Below are positions 28,218 to 40,820 of a stretch of DNA of 64,000 nucleotides, in pieces (the stretch's first letter is position 1; the number at the start of each line of letters is the position of its first letter). Both the position numbers and the translations under genes were made by a program. The notes beneath the pieces are model-generated. The model made no database searches, was not told the DNA's origin, and saw nothing but the letters and a program-made list of their open reading frames with translations. Origin of the DNA: Felis catus (taxonomy: Eukaryota). Location of the stretch: positions 50,656,001 through 50,720,000 of the forward strand of contig NC_058382.1 of NCBI RefSeq assembly GCF_018350175.1. The letters are read 5' to 3'.

Positions 28218-29669
28218 AACGTGCTTAACATTTTAAATGACGATTCCTTGTCAAAGAAATTGTCTCAGTCTCCCAATGGTGCTTTTTCCATACATTTAAC
28301 TGGTATAGATATAGGGAGACACAGATTCACAGATATACATAATGACTGGACAGTCAAGCCAGTATTAGAGCACAATGCTGAATCTTTAGAATATTGTTGC
28401 TCTGGGCAAAGATCATTGTTAATATTTACAGAATATAGGAGGGGTATATTGATAAGTCATCCTCTGTTACTGTGGAATGGAAACATGTTATAGGTCATCT
28501 CTGAAATCTGTCTTGGCTCAAATACGTAGCGCAGAGAAAGACAGTGTGGAAGGTGTGTGCAGCTTGGGAACTGAGGGCCTTGAACACGTGGTGTCTGCTT
28601 TTGCTCATTGCTCAGACAAAGCTTCAGAAGCAGAGCAGTTGATCATGGCCGTTGAAGCTCAGAAGGCCTTGTCTTGGGACCACATGCAATTTATCTGCTA
28701 AATCACAGAATATCATCCTCCAGGGTGTTTCTCCATCTGGTAGCATCGCGGTATAATTCTTCGCCCGTTGTCTCGTTACTCGTAAATTGCGCCCACTGTG
28801 TAACAATAATTAATCCTTTTAAAATTTCTCCAAATTGGCTAATCGCCCTACATTCCACATTTTAGATCATCTTTTTCTTCACTTACAAACACTGAATAAT
28901 GTAAGATGGGAAAATTGTTCAATAAGACTTTTTTAACCGTGACCCAGATATTACAGAGGGTTTGTGGCCAGGCTACACAGATATGGATGGTGAGAATTAG
29001 ACAAAGAGAAAGCTACCTAATTTCCTCATGAAAACATTCACACAGAGCTTCAGATGGCAATGTCACAGAGCACAGTGGTTTGCCGTAGTTTATTTAGTGT
29101 ATCTTTTTTTTTTTTTTTGGTATAGCAGGTTAAATCAAGGTTTTTGTTGGATGTGACAAATCCTGACATGACACCTTCCCCAAATTAAAGGAGATAAATC
29201 ACATATATGAAACAAACTAGTTCCAGAGTCCCCCCATGATTATGACCATCTGGATGTCCTGTCTGGGCCACTGTAATATTGATATTTATTTTATAATTGC
29301 TGTAGCCTGGTCTCTACTATACCTCATCAGTTTTTCATATTGAAATAATTCAGAATATCTCTCTTGAAACAAGAGGCCTAAATTAAGAGGCCAGACAATA
29401 GAAATATTTATAGCGACTCAACTGATGAGAGGCAAAATATATAACAACAAATGATATTCTGATTAAAATTATTATTTATTAATATGACTAATAATAAAAC
29501 AACTGTATCCGTTAGTAAATTCTTCAGATTTCGAGTGCAGAATTTGGTTGCCACATTTATGTTAGACTTATAATATGAGCAAGGAATTACTGTCCTTCTC
29601 AGGTAAGCCCGACCCAACCTAACACTGGCTTAGCCATTGGCGATATGATATAATTTGCTGTAGTGAATT

Positions 29670-29886
29670 TATTTATTTTTTTTTCAACGTTTATTTATTT
29701 TTGGGACAGAGAGAGACAGAGCATGAACGGGGGAGGGGCAGAGAGAGAGGGAGACACAGAATCGGAAACAGGCTCCAGGCTCTGAGCCATCAGCCCAGAG
29801 CCTGACGCGGGGCTCGAACTCCCGGACCGCGAGATCGTGACCTGGCTGAGTCGGACGCTTAACCGACTGCGCCACCCAGGCGCCCC
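29670..29886 (-). mobile_element. Young SINEC_Fc
   Basis: Nearly identical (reverse complement) to the 3578-3815 copy; TSD AGTGAATTTA. Confidence 0.95.
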
Positions 29887-30049
29887 AGTGAATTTAATTG
29901 CCCATTAAATCATGTGCTCAGGAGTCCACTGTGATTGGTGAGAACCTTCAATGTGTTGGCTTGGCCGGTTTCCATTAGAGTTCTATGCCCCTGACTTAAA
30001 CTGGAATGAAGAATTCCTAGCTTTGCAATATGACAGCTGATCCACATTG

Positions 30050-30833
30050 CTGTTTTCATTGTGCCTATTTTTGTCTGAAAACAACTTCATCGGTTAACAC
30101 CTCCACCGTTTTCATCAGAAAAGTCTAAGTGTTAGGAAACTCTCAAACTCATGGTGACAGGCAATAGTTTTCCAAATTCTCTTTTTCATCTGAAAGCTTG
30201 ACTTTTATCACTGGCGACATATATTGTCAGTTGTTTTTCTTCAAGTGACAGACTCACTTCACACATTTTAGAGAAAATATCTGCCAAATATCCAAGTCAA
30301 AACAACCATAGTTTGTCAGTCATTCTTTCAAAGAAAAATGGTGTTCCATGAAGCGAAAAGTGAGTAGTTGAGCTCACAAGTCGGCTGTTCACACAGGCGC
30401 TCTTCCTGGAGACAGCCGTCGTACTTGGAGAGCCATCCGAAGTACTTTCTACCCCATTGCCCAAAATGTTAAAAAGGCTTATAGCCAAAAGGTCAGTATT
30501 TCATAAAATAAGTAATTTTTAGGGCTTCATTAAGGACACTCTTAAAATGAATCTGGCTCGCTGTTTTTTTTCTTTTTTGTGGGATTGCCTGGCAATCTAA
30601 CGCCTTCTGCCTTATGGATTCCACGACCGCTTTGACAGTTCGGTAGCCTTGCCTCAGTTCGTGCTAAGGTACCAGGAATTTTACCTAATCCTGTTTTACA
30701 TTAATAGTGGATATGTCAACACAATGAGAGAGGCATCGTAGAATTATTATGAAAATAGCTTTGACCCTGTGGATCTCCTCCAAGTGTCCTGAGGACCAAT
30801 AGGGATTCACAGAACACGCTTTGAAGAACTACT
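30050..30833. mobile_element. hAT-Charlie DNA transposon remnant (Charlie1-like)
   Basis: Charlie1-like internal sequence (AACAACCATAGTTTGTCAGTCATTCTTTCAAG) and a terminal CACGCTTTGAAGAACTACTAG. Confidence 0.6.
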
Positions 30834-31414
30834 AGCCCGATGTAACGCCAAGGTCGATAACCCTGTGTTGGCATAGCTAAGAATTGTGGTATTTAAATAT
30901 TTTATTTACAACCAGATGTTTCAAAATATCAATATTTCTCCTACAGAAATAATCGAAATAATCTATGTTATCTGTGTCAATATATTTCACTAGTCAGGAT
31001 TATTCATATACATATATCCTGTTCCTCCTATTCAACAGTATGACAGACTATTGAGAATCAACTGAATTACAGTGTTTAAATGTTGAAGTACAAAAACGCA
31101 TTTAATTATTTTACAACATTACTACTATCTGTAAATTTAAAATAATAACAATTTGTGTGTTAATATGCAGTGACCAACCACATGGTCTTAGAGACATGTC
31201 AGTAACATCTTGCGTTATATGTACATGCACTAAAAATTTGAAAAATAAGTGGAAACGCACTAAATAAATCCAATATCGTATGCATGCAGAATAAATGGAG
31301 GTGAACCCACAGGGCTGATAGAGGAACTCAGAGACAGACAGACTCGGGTATATTATGACACCGCCCGATCCAGAAATACCTGAGGTTTTGATATTTTTGA
31401 TTCATACCTACTAG

Positions 31415-31723
<309 letters not shown>

Positions 31724-33800
31724 TTGGCAGCTGTGTTTTAACTTACAATCCCGACAGTCTGCTTTAATAGCCGGGGGCTCTCAACGGACAAGAACATGTT
31801 CTTCCACTGAATGTACACGCAATTGATTTGCAGCACTGCCGTCTTGCCATATCCAGACTCGAGATGGCTCCAGGAGGCCTCATCCAGTGATGTATTTCCC
31901 ATAGCAGTCGTTCTACAGAACAAGGGATGAGACACCGCTCTTAATTTCCGACCGTTCTGATAGGATCTAAAACGGAAGTTTAACTCGCTTGATGACTACG
32001 GTTTTTAAATGTGAAGACCATATCCCTGGTCTCTCCACCGTGTGGTACGTAAGTTTTGTTAGAGGTAAAAATCAAAATTGGACAATACGGACCTTGCTTT
32101 ACTGGAGAACATGCTCGTGTTTGCTTTAGTGTCCCCATGGTGTTATTAATAGACCTGGAAATGCTTCTAAGATCCTGTTTGGCTGGTGTTTGCATCTTCA
32201 GTGGCCAAAAGTATATAAAACCCCTTTGCCTTTCTCTGTGTTACATTCAATACAGTTTATCAATAGTCTTGAAAGATGTTGTGTTGTCATTGGTTTGTTT
32301 TGATTGTTCTTTTTCTATTTGACTTCTCTTAATGATTTGGGATACCTTAGGTTTGGAGTGTCAGACTTCAGCTCTGAATGTAAAATTCATATGCAACCAG
32401 ACTCAGAAAGTGCTTTGGTTGTCAGCGTGCGATGTCTTGCCTTTTAAAATTTTCATTATCTGCTATCATTGTTCAGTAGTGGCGGGAGGTAAGACCCTGG
32501 ATAATGCCAATTTCCCAAAGAATGTGAAATGTTTGCAACTCTTCAACTTGTCAACATAAAAACCACAACTCTTAACAATGGACAAATTTTATTTACAACT
32601 GTAATATCTCATATGAAACACACCTTTGAGAATATTTTCCCCAAACCTTATGCCAGTTTTCTTTATAGGTTTGTTCTTCTGTTTTTCTAAAGTTTATCAC
32701 CAAATTTTCTTTGATCTCCCTTGACTGTATTCCGTGGGGAATGTTTCTTATGTACTAGAAAAAAAAAAAAAAAAAAGACAGCTGGAAGTAGAGAGCTCCA
32801 TTCCCCATCCTAAAACATATACTCCTTCAGGCATACATTTTTCTGTGCCCTGACCTCCGGGACAGACTTTGTAAAATATAAGCTGCAGCCACGCCCCCCT
32901 CCCCTACTTTCTCCAAAAGCAGTTGAGTGGCTACAGAGTGCTCACTCTATGGGGTGATGGCGTATTGCATGATTTATGCTTCGTCTGCCATTCTGTCATC
33001 TCTCATTTATGGTGATGGGGTAATTTCTCGAAAAGTACCAAAAATCAATATAACCTGCTAACTAGTGCATTCTGATTAGGGTGTATATACATACCAAGAG
33101 ATCATAGAATTATCAGTGACCTTATGAAACTTGTTGCAATAATTGATTTTGAGGCAAAGCAAACAAGGTGCATGCATGTAGTTCTCTTTTAAATTTCATA
33201 AGCCAGTTATATAATAAAGGCACTTTGCTGTTTATGATCACGCTGCCCGGGTGCCTGGCAAGGAGTGTTGGATCCCTTAGTTCGTCCACACCAGAACAAT
33301 TTGGGAATACATAAATTAATCATCTTATTTTCCTTCTCAACCTCCTCACAAAAGCTGCCTGTCTTTTCCATAGCTCTGTATCCATTTTGCTGTTTCTGTA
33401 AATGCCTGACTAAATCTTAGGATACGAATTAACATAGTAGTTTATGAAGGACCGATGTTGATGAGTGGCATACTTTCTTCTTTTTAATTGAAGGACTTGA
33501 AGAATCGAACACAGAAGTGCTAGTTTTTATTTGATGCAAAGCTGAATACAAGCATCCTAACGGCCCTGAATCTGTTAGAAGTGTTCATGTGATTTAGTAG
33601 CCGCATTAACCTGGTTGGGAGTGTAGACAGGTTTATAGATGGTGAAGCCTCATGGTACTGTGTGGTCCGCACCACTAGAAGCTGCAACGTGATGGCCTCA
33701 CAACGCATTGATTTGTCATTTGTCATGATTTTCAGTTCCGGGTTTGTAATCTATTCTTTCTTTTTTTCTTAATAAAATGCATTTTTGAAGTTAAAATGCA
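31724..33800 (+). other. CNTNAP4: CNTNAP4 3' UTR, extent uncertain; candidate poly(A) signals AATAAA at 33213-33218 and 33771-33776
   Basis: Repeat-poor AU-rich sequence after the stop codon; hexamers seen directly. Confidence 0.5.
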
Positions 33801-34511
33801 GGATATATTTTAAGAGACGTTGTATAAAGGTTTAAACTGAGGGAATGATACTGGATTTTCATTTTCTTAAAACAGTAAAAAGATGTGTAGATGTCCACCT
33901 CCTTTACTGGCGGTCTGTGTTTTTTAAGCCTTTTGGTACATCCCGTGATTATTATGAATTATTAACGAAAACTGCATTTATCATGTATTTTCCTTTGAAA
34001 TGGACACAAAAATGGCAGGAGAAAACAGAAAAAGGTTTACTGATTATAACAGGTGAGGGCAGTTGAACGACATTTAAAGTTTTGCCGGAGGCGAGCCTTT
34101 GTCAGCAACTGTTTGTTGAAACATTCTGTGTGTTTAAACGGGGCTCTATCCTTTTACTTCTCCGGAGAGCTTGGCCAGTGAGGCTACACTGACAGACCCG
34201 ATTATGTCGAAGGATACTGTGCACCCTTCTATAATATAAAAGTTTTTAAAAAGTCCCTCATCTGTGATTTCACAGGAACACAATATATAATTAACATTCT
34301 CTTTTTAAGAAGACGAACTTTCTAAATCTCATTAAATTCCAATGTGCTAATATGCAAATAGAGTGGAGTTAATGTGGCATTGAATACTCGCCTCTATGAA
34401 ATAGGGGTCATCTGTGGGAAATGACATCTTAATTTTGTGGAAGCCGTGCCACTTAAATGGCCCTTGACCACTCTAGCAAATAGCTTCCTTTTTAAAAAAT
34501 TCCGTTCCCAA

Positions 34512-34715
34512 GGGGGCTCCTGGGTGGCTCAGTTGGTTTAGCGTCCGGCTCCTCATTTTGGCCCAGGTCGTGATCTCATGGTTCCTCTGCTGACAGCACA
34601 GAACCTGCTTGGGATTCTCTCTCTCCCTCTCTGTCTCTCTGTCTCTCTCTCTGTGCCCCCCACCCCTTGTGCTTGATTTCTCTCTCTCTCTCAAAATAAA
34701 TATTAAAAAAAAATT
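34512..34715 (+). mobile_element. Can-SINE
   Basis: GGGGGCTCCTGGGTGGCTCAGTTGG head, (CT)n, A tail. Confidence 0.9.
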
Positions 34716-34820
34716 CTTTCTCAAGTGTCACTCTTTGAAACACATTTAATAAATTCTTTAGATGGCAAGGTAAACACCTGACGACCAAACAGAAGCCAGT
34801 TATTTAAAATTGTTTATGTT

Positions 34821-34986
34821 GGGGCGCCTAGGTGGCTCAGTCAGTTAAGCGTCCAACTTTGGCTCAAGTCATGATCTCACGATTCATGGGTTCGATCCCT
34901 GTGTTGGGCTCTGTGCTGACAGCTCAGAGCCCGGAGCCTGCTTTGGATTCTCTCTCTGTCTCTCTGCCCCTCCCCAGCTCATGCTG

Positions 34987-35022
<36 letters not shown>

Positions 35023-35060
35023 AATAAATAAACATTGAAAAAACTTTTTTAATTAAAAAA
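34821..35060 (+). mobile_element. Can-SINE
   Basis: SINE consensus; TSD AAAATTGT(TT/CA)ATGTT. Confidence 0.92.
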
Positions 35061-35069
35061 AATTGTCAA

Positions 35070-35543
35070 TGTTAAAAAATAAAACTGCCAGTTATTCTAC
35101 CAGCAAAAGTGGGTTTATTCGGGAACAGCAGAGACGCAATTCGGGATAAGCAAGCTATGGCAAAATGATAGGCAAGTTGCCTGGACAAAGGAGAGGAACG
35201 CTGTTTGTAGAGGAAAGGGGCAGGGAGGTTGGAAAGCCTGTTACCAACAAGTCCATTGGAATAAACTGGGAGTTCCAAGTGTAGGGGCTCCTCATTGGCT
35301 GAGCTGTGACTGTCTGTCATTGGCTGTGTTGCAGGAGGTGTGTAGGGGGAGGTGGGGTCAAGGAAGAGGAAATCGTTTTTTCCTCCTTCCTCCTATTCCT
35401 CCTGCTGGGAATAGTGAAGTAGTTTCCCACGCAAGGTGGTCTTTTCCTCTTGGGTCTGTAATTGAGGAGGGGTAGGGCATGAGCGTGCCCTGCTGGCCTC
35501 CTGCCTCCATTCTAAATGAGGTTCCCTTTTATAAATTTTCACA
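35070..35543 (-). mobile_element. Probable ERV1-class solo LTR
   Basis: TG...CA ends; minus-strand AATAAA and CCAAT boxes; minus-strand start TGTGAAAATTTATAAAAGGGAACCTCATTTAGAATGGAG. Confidence 0.6.
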
Positions 35544-36719
35544 AAATCCACTTTCATGAATTGGTACTATCTTTCATGTATAATGGAATCTGGGAATGGA
35601 GTCCATCAGGCAACTGGAGAGCACAGATGTGTTACTGAATGATACGTATTAGTGTGAACAGCTGAGTTTTACAGATGAAATGTCCAGGACTCAGGTATAT
35701 GAGGTGGTGTCCCCAAAAGGACATGTCAGCAATGTGGAAGTGATGAAACCGTGATGGGAATTTCCTTTTGTTCCCATGTGTTTCTGATCTTAGTACTTCC
35801 AAGACCTGGAGTTTTGGCAATTATTTAGTGGCATGGAAAAATTGAAGGATCTTGGTGTCCTCTTTGTCCAGAATGACCTATACTTGCAGATCTCTCCCAT
35901 ATCCTTTAAAAAGAACATAGATCTTTATCTGGTAGGTCATTGCCATTGATAGATTTGGTTTTCTTTGAAAAATATTTAGTAAGCTTATGGCCCTCGACAC
36001 CAGGAGAGACGATTATAACTGGAGCACTTTGTATAGTCATGAAATACACCATACGATCTCAACCCGATGGATCAAGGTGTCAAACATCTTCGTTATAACA
36101 GAAGAAAAGATGAAATAGACCCAACTCACGTCAACAACGTTCAGTCGATTGATTGGCTTTCTGGTCCTTGTGTTGACTATGAGATGGATCTACTAGATAT
36201 GTTCAGGATGTCCTGGTGGTCCTTTATTTTTCCCAAGTTTGAGTGATGGAGAGTGGTAACGGAAGAAAAAGAACAGAAGGAACGGAAGCCGACTGTCTAT
36301 GTGTTGGGGACATGTGTGAGTGAGCGTATGCATGTGTACAAGAAGGAATACCAAATGAGGAGAAAGCGAATATGAACTGTGAAACAGTCTGCATATAATT
36401 TCGCTAAGAGAGCTGGACTTTTGGTGTGGCAAGAGCTTCCCTGGGGACTGGTTTTGAAGATTTGCAAATGAAAATAAATGGGATGGAAAACAGTCTGACC
36501 CAGATTATCATGGCTTCTCCAGTGCAATAGCCTTTTAGTCTTTTCCCTATTTGTAACATTAAATTTTTTGTTAAAAAATACCTGAATATATTGAAAAAAA
36601 TGAAATAGCATAAGAAATCTTACAAGGAAACGTAGCTCTCTGTTACCATATCGCCTCCCCATCCGTCTCAGCTCTTTTAGATGCCTCTTGTGAGCTGCCC
36701 CCATCTCTTCATCACATGA

Positions 36720-39580
36720 TGTAGCAGGCCAGCTTCCTTGGGAAGCAAACTCCAAGACAGTGGTTATCACAAAGGACATTTATTGGGGAGAATTGTTGGG
36801 ATCGACATCTGCGGGGGAGGGGAGGAGGAAGGATGGGGCCCATCACCTAACCTGTGCTGCTGTCACAAGGGCTCAGCCAATCCTGATGTCCTGAGTGGGA
36901 GTGAGGGCATTTACACTCTCCTTTCAGCCAGGCACTGGCTGTTAACTGCCTGGGGAAGTGGGTAATGAACTTGGACAAACAGCTCTCTTCAGCCTCAGCA
37001 GTTCCTAAGGAAGGAGAACAAATGCTGCTCAGCATCTGGGGAAAAGAAATCGTTCAGTGCTGCCCCAGGGATCTGGGTGGCACAGCTCATCATCCCTGAG
37101 GGTTTGCCCCTGTGCTGCTCAGATCCATCATCATCTGTGTTCTGGGATCAGCTCCTTCAGGACTCTGGTGAGCCTCATTTCCTGGGAAACTTACATGAGG
37201 AAGGAGGGCAAAACGAACCACATATCCTGCCCCTGCAAGTGATCTCTTGACTGCCACTGGTACTCATTCTCTCCCTCCACTGCTGCCCGTGCAGGACTCC
37301 TGTACTAGCTAACAGCTCTGCAGAGAGTTTGAACCATTGCCTCCTATGACCTCCCCAGCTGTAGCTGCTGTTCTTTTGCACTTACCATTAAAATTGGTCA
37401 AAGGAGTATCTAGAGGCCAAACATATTCCTCCTTGTCCCCAAAGTGTAAAAGTAGCTCTCTCTCATCACTTATCAGGGACAATTACTCCTGACATAGCCT
37501 CCCACATAACACTGCCTCAGTCAAAGATCCACGTTACAGCAGAGATGCATGGGAATGAGCACATTTCCGTGAGACTGCTGGTCCTTTCATATCATACCTT
37601 CAGAAGGTCTCTGTAGATCCTCAACAGGTGGTGTTGGCTGATACCTTACAGGCTATAAAGACAACTCATCTCTGAAATAAGTAATGATTCCAATCAAAAG
37701 TAATCTCTGATCCTTTCAGGGTAGAAAAAATCTGATGTAGTCAACTTGCCACAAAATTGGTGTTTTTGTAGAGGGGAACCATTCTGGGGAATGGATACTG
37801 GTGTCTGTCGCTGAACACTCAACCATTCGGGAGTGGCAGTAGTTATATCAATCCTGACGAGTGGGAGCTCATGTTGCTTGATGATGCATAGCTTCCATTC
37901 GTGCCTCCATGGCTACTCTGTTCATACATCCATTGTACTAGCAGTTCCTTCAGTGGCCAGTGATTGAGGTTGGTTGATACTTAGTCATTCTGTCTGATTT
38001 GGTTGTTTAGTGATTATTTCAAGGCAGCATATGCTTTCTGGTGGGCAAACATCTTTACATTTCATGCCCATCCCATAGTTCCATCCATCTGCTTCTCTTT
38101 CAGACCTTCTTGTCTCTGATCTTCCCAATCTCCTTCTAGGTCCTTGACAAATTGGCCAAATTAGTGCCCATAAGTCCATATATATTATATCCTTGAGCCA
38201 TTTCTTTCACACAAAGTGGATAACTATGGTACCATCCAAAAGTTCTGCTCATGTGGAGGTTTCTCCTCACCACCATCTTTCTGTGGTCCTCTGACCGGAA
38301 TGGTAGTGGTGTTACTTTCCATTTTCAGCCTGCACTCATATTCTAAGCTTACCCATCCATTCACCCAGTTCACACTTTTCACTTCTCTAGCAGTTGGTAA
38401 TAGGGAACCATTCATGCAACTCTAAGCATATGCTGAGCGAACAATGCTGGGGAAGAGTAGTGGATAACTTAAGGATCTGGGCAGGTGGCTTGTGCAGCTT
38501 TTTAGTGCCTACTCATGCTTGATCCCACGTACACTGTTTCCAATTTATGTTGGCTTTCTGCTGAGCCCACATAACTTGTGACTTGGTGAGTCTGAGAGAA
38601 GCCAGTGATTTTGCCCACATTTACCATCCCAATGTGAGGAACTTCCTCTCTAGCAGAGCTCAGTAGAACATCAGGAGATTTTTTAGAGAGTTGTGTATTT
38701 CTCTGCTGCAGATGACGTGGCATGGCTCTCAAACCTTGCATTTCTTCAATGTGATGTTCCCATTGATGATGGCCAAGGAAACCTGCATAGCGTCTTTTTC
38801 CACCAATGATGCCACGTAGGGTCTGCAGGATTGTGTGGTCCAAGGGGCCGGACCTCATGTCTGTTGTTTAGACCCCACTGTAGAACCTGTTCTTATTCTG
38901 GGCCCCACTGAAAGCTGGCCAAAGCCTTACATGCTACCCAATATTTGGTCACAGCCCTATTCCCAAGTGTGGAAAATACCTCTTCCAGAACCCAAAGAAG
39001 CCTACTAGGCACTGTGCTATCTTTTTCATAGTGGGAAATGAGAGATGAAATACTTTGTTACTGACTGTGGAGAGAGGTCCCAGCATGCCCTTTTTCTGTA
39101 AAATGCCAGATAGTAAATGGGTTAAGCTTATGCCACAGATCCCTAACTCTGTCATTGTCATGTGAGAGCATCCATAGACAATGTGAAAAAAAAAGAGTAT
39201 AGCTGCATCCCAACAAAGCTATGTAAAACGTAAGAAGTAGGCTAGATTTGATGCATAGGCCATAGTTTTCTGACTTCTGCCTTAAAACACTAGATTCTTA
39301 ATCATTGTGTGATTGGGTGGCCAATATAATAGACTAGTATGTTCCACAGGATGTCCAAATGACACAGGTCTCTTTGGACTATACCATGGCAGGGAGAGGA
39401 AGTGTTCATATGGCTTTTGGGGCAAGACTGTTGTCCATTCCAGATGACTACAGAGTGCTTCTAAATCTCCATTCTGATAGGTTGGAAAAGAACACATTTT
39501 TCACATCAGCATCCACATACTCTATACCTGAGACGATGTTACTCTAGCAGAAATGCCAACATCTGGTACAACAGCTGCAA
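36720..39580 (-). mobile_element. Decayed ERVL element: LTR16-like LTR (about 36720-37100) plus pol remnants
   Basis: Minus-frame peptide KVFHLSFPTMKKIAQCLVGFFGFWKRYFPHLGI resembles ERVL pol (KLLHLAPPTTKKEAQCLVGLFGFWRQHIPHLGV); many stops and frameshifts. Confidence 0.75.
39092..39281 (+). mobile_element. MER58-like hAT MITE nested in the ERVL remnant
   Basis: TTTTCTGTAAAATGCCAGATAGTAAAT ... GGCCATAGTTTTCTGACTTCTG. Confidence 0.65.
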
Positions 39581-40603
39581 CTGGGACTCCTGCAATCTAC
39601 TTCCCCTCTGCCAGGGAAGGTAACATATTCACAGGTTGCAGAGGCTAGAATGTGGACAGCTTTGAGGGGGCCATTAGTGTGCCTGCAACACCCCCATTTT
39701 CTGTGGTTTTCTCCATCCAAGTGGCCTGATGTCGTTTATTCCAGATCCTTTTTGTTTGAACTTTTCTAGAAAGATATCTATAGTCAGGTGTCTCTTTATG
39801 GCTTTATGTGTGAAAGTCCTATGAAGTAACTACCTGTCCCCATAGTTCATGAGTCGGGTACGTAATGTCTCAGCCATTCCTTTACATAATTTGTTCTTAC
39901 TTTCCTTGTGTGGAAGAAATGCCAACAGCCAGTGAATCTAGCCAGAGTGGAACTCCTCCCGTGGCCCCAGCTTCCTTGCTTACCCTTCCCTCCTCCTGAG
40001 TAAAGTTTAACAGTGCTCATCACATGATTTGCTCCTGGCTTCATATTGCCTTTGACAGTTAGGGGCTCTAACAATTGTTGTTTGAAAAGTCAAGAAACCA
40101 ATAATATCTGTTTTATCATGCCATAAACTAGAAAGACCAGTCCTTATTATAATTCATTATGTCATGCCACACTAAATTGGGTTTGCTCTTGATAAAATAA
40201 TGTCTTTATTCCATGTGCTAGGTATGGTTTTAGACCCATTGAACTAACACATCTGCTTCCAAGCTGTTCATGGAAGAAACTTTCTGATAAATTATGTTGT
40301 TGTGAAGGAATTCATATTTTCATTGAAAACAAGTTGTTATAAATGATTCATGTTTCTCTGCATTTCAACAGGAACAAATTAATTTTTTAATTGAGCAGTG
40401 AAATGACCTGTTCTTCCACAACACATATTAAAAGAAGATGGTTACAAATGGTCATGGTGATTTAGACTCTTTGCAATAAGTTTTTTCATTTGCTTGCAAT
40501 ATTTGACAAACTTTTCTTAGTAGAAATCTATAGCACCAAATAAATTATCATAGAATGGCATCTTCTAGAGTAGGATTGTAGTTATATGAAAGAACATAAG
40601 CTA

Positions 40604-40820
40604 GGGGCGTCTGGGTGGCTCAGTCAGTGGGCGTCTGACTTCGGCTCAGGTCATGATCTCACAGTTCATGAGTTTGAGCCCCACATCGGGCTCTGCGCTG
40701 ACAGCTCAGAGACTGGAGCCTGTTTCAGATTCATTGTCTGCCTCTCTCTCTGCTCCTCCCCCACTCACACTCTGTCTCTCTCTCAAAAATAAATAAACAT
40801 TAAGAAAAAAATTTAAAAAG
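40604..40820 (+). mobile_element. Can-SINE
   Basis: TSD AAGAACATAAGCTA on both sides. Confidence 0.95.
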
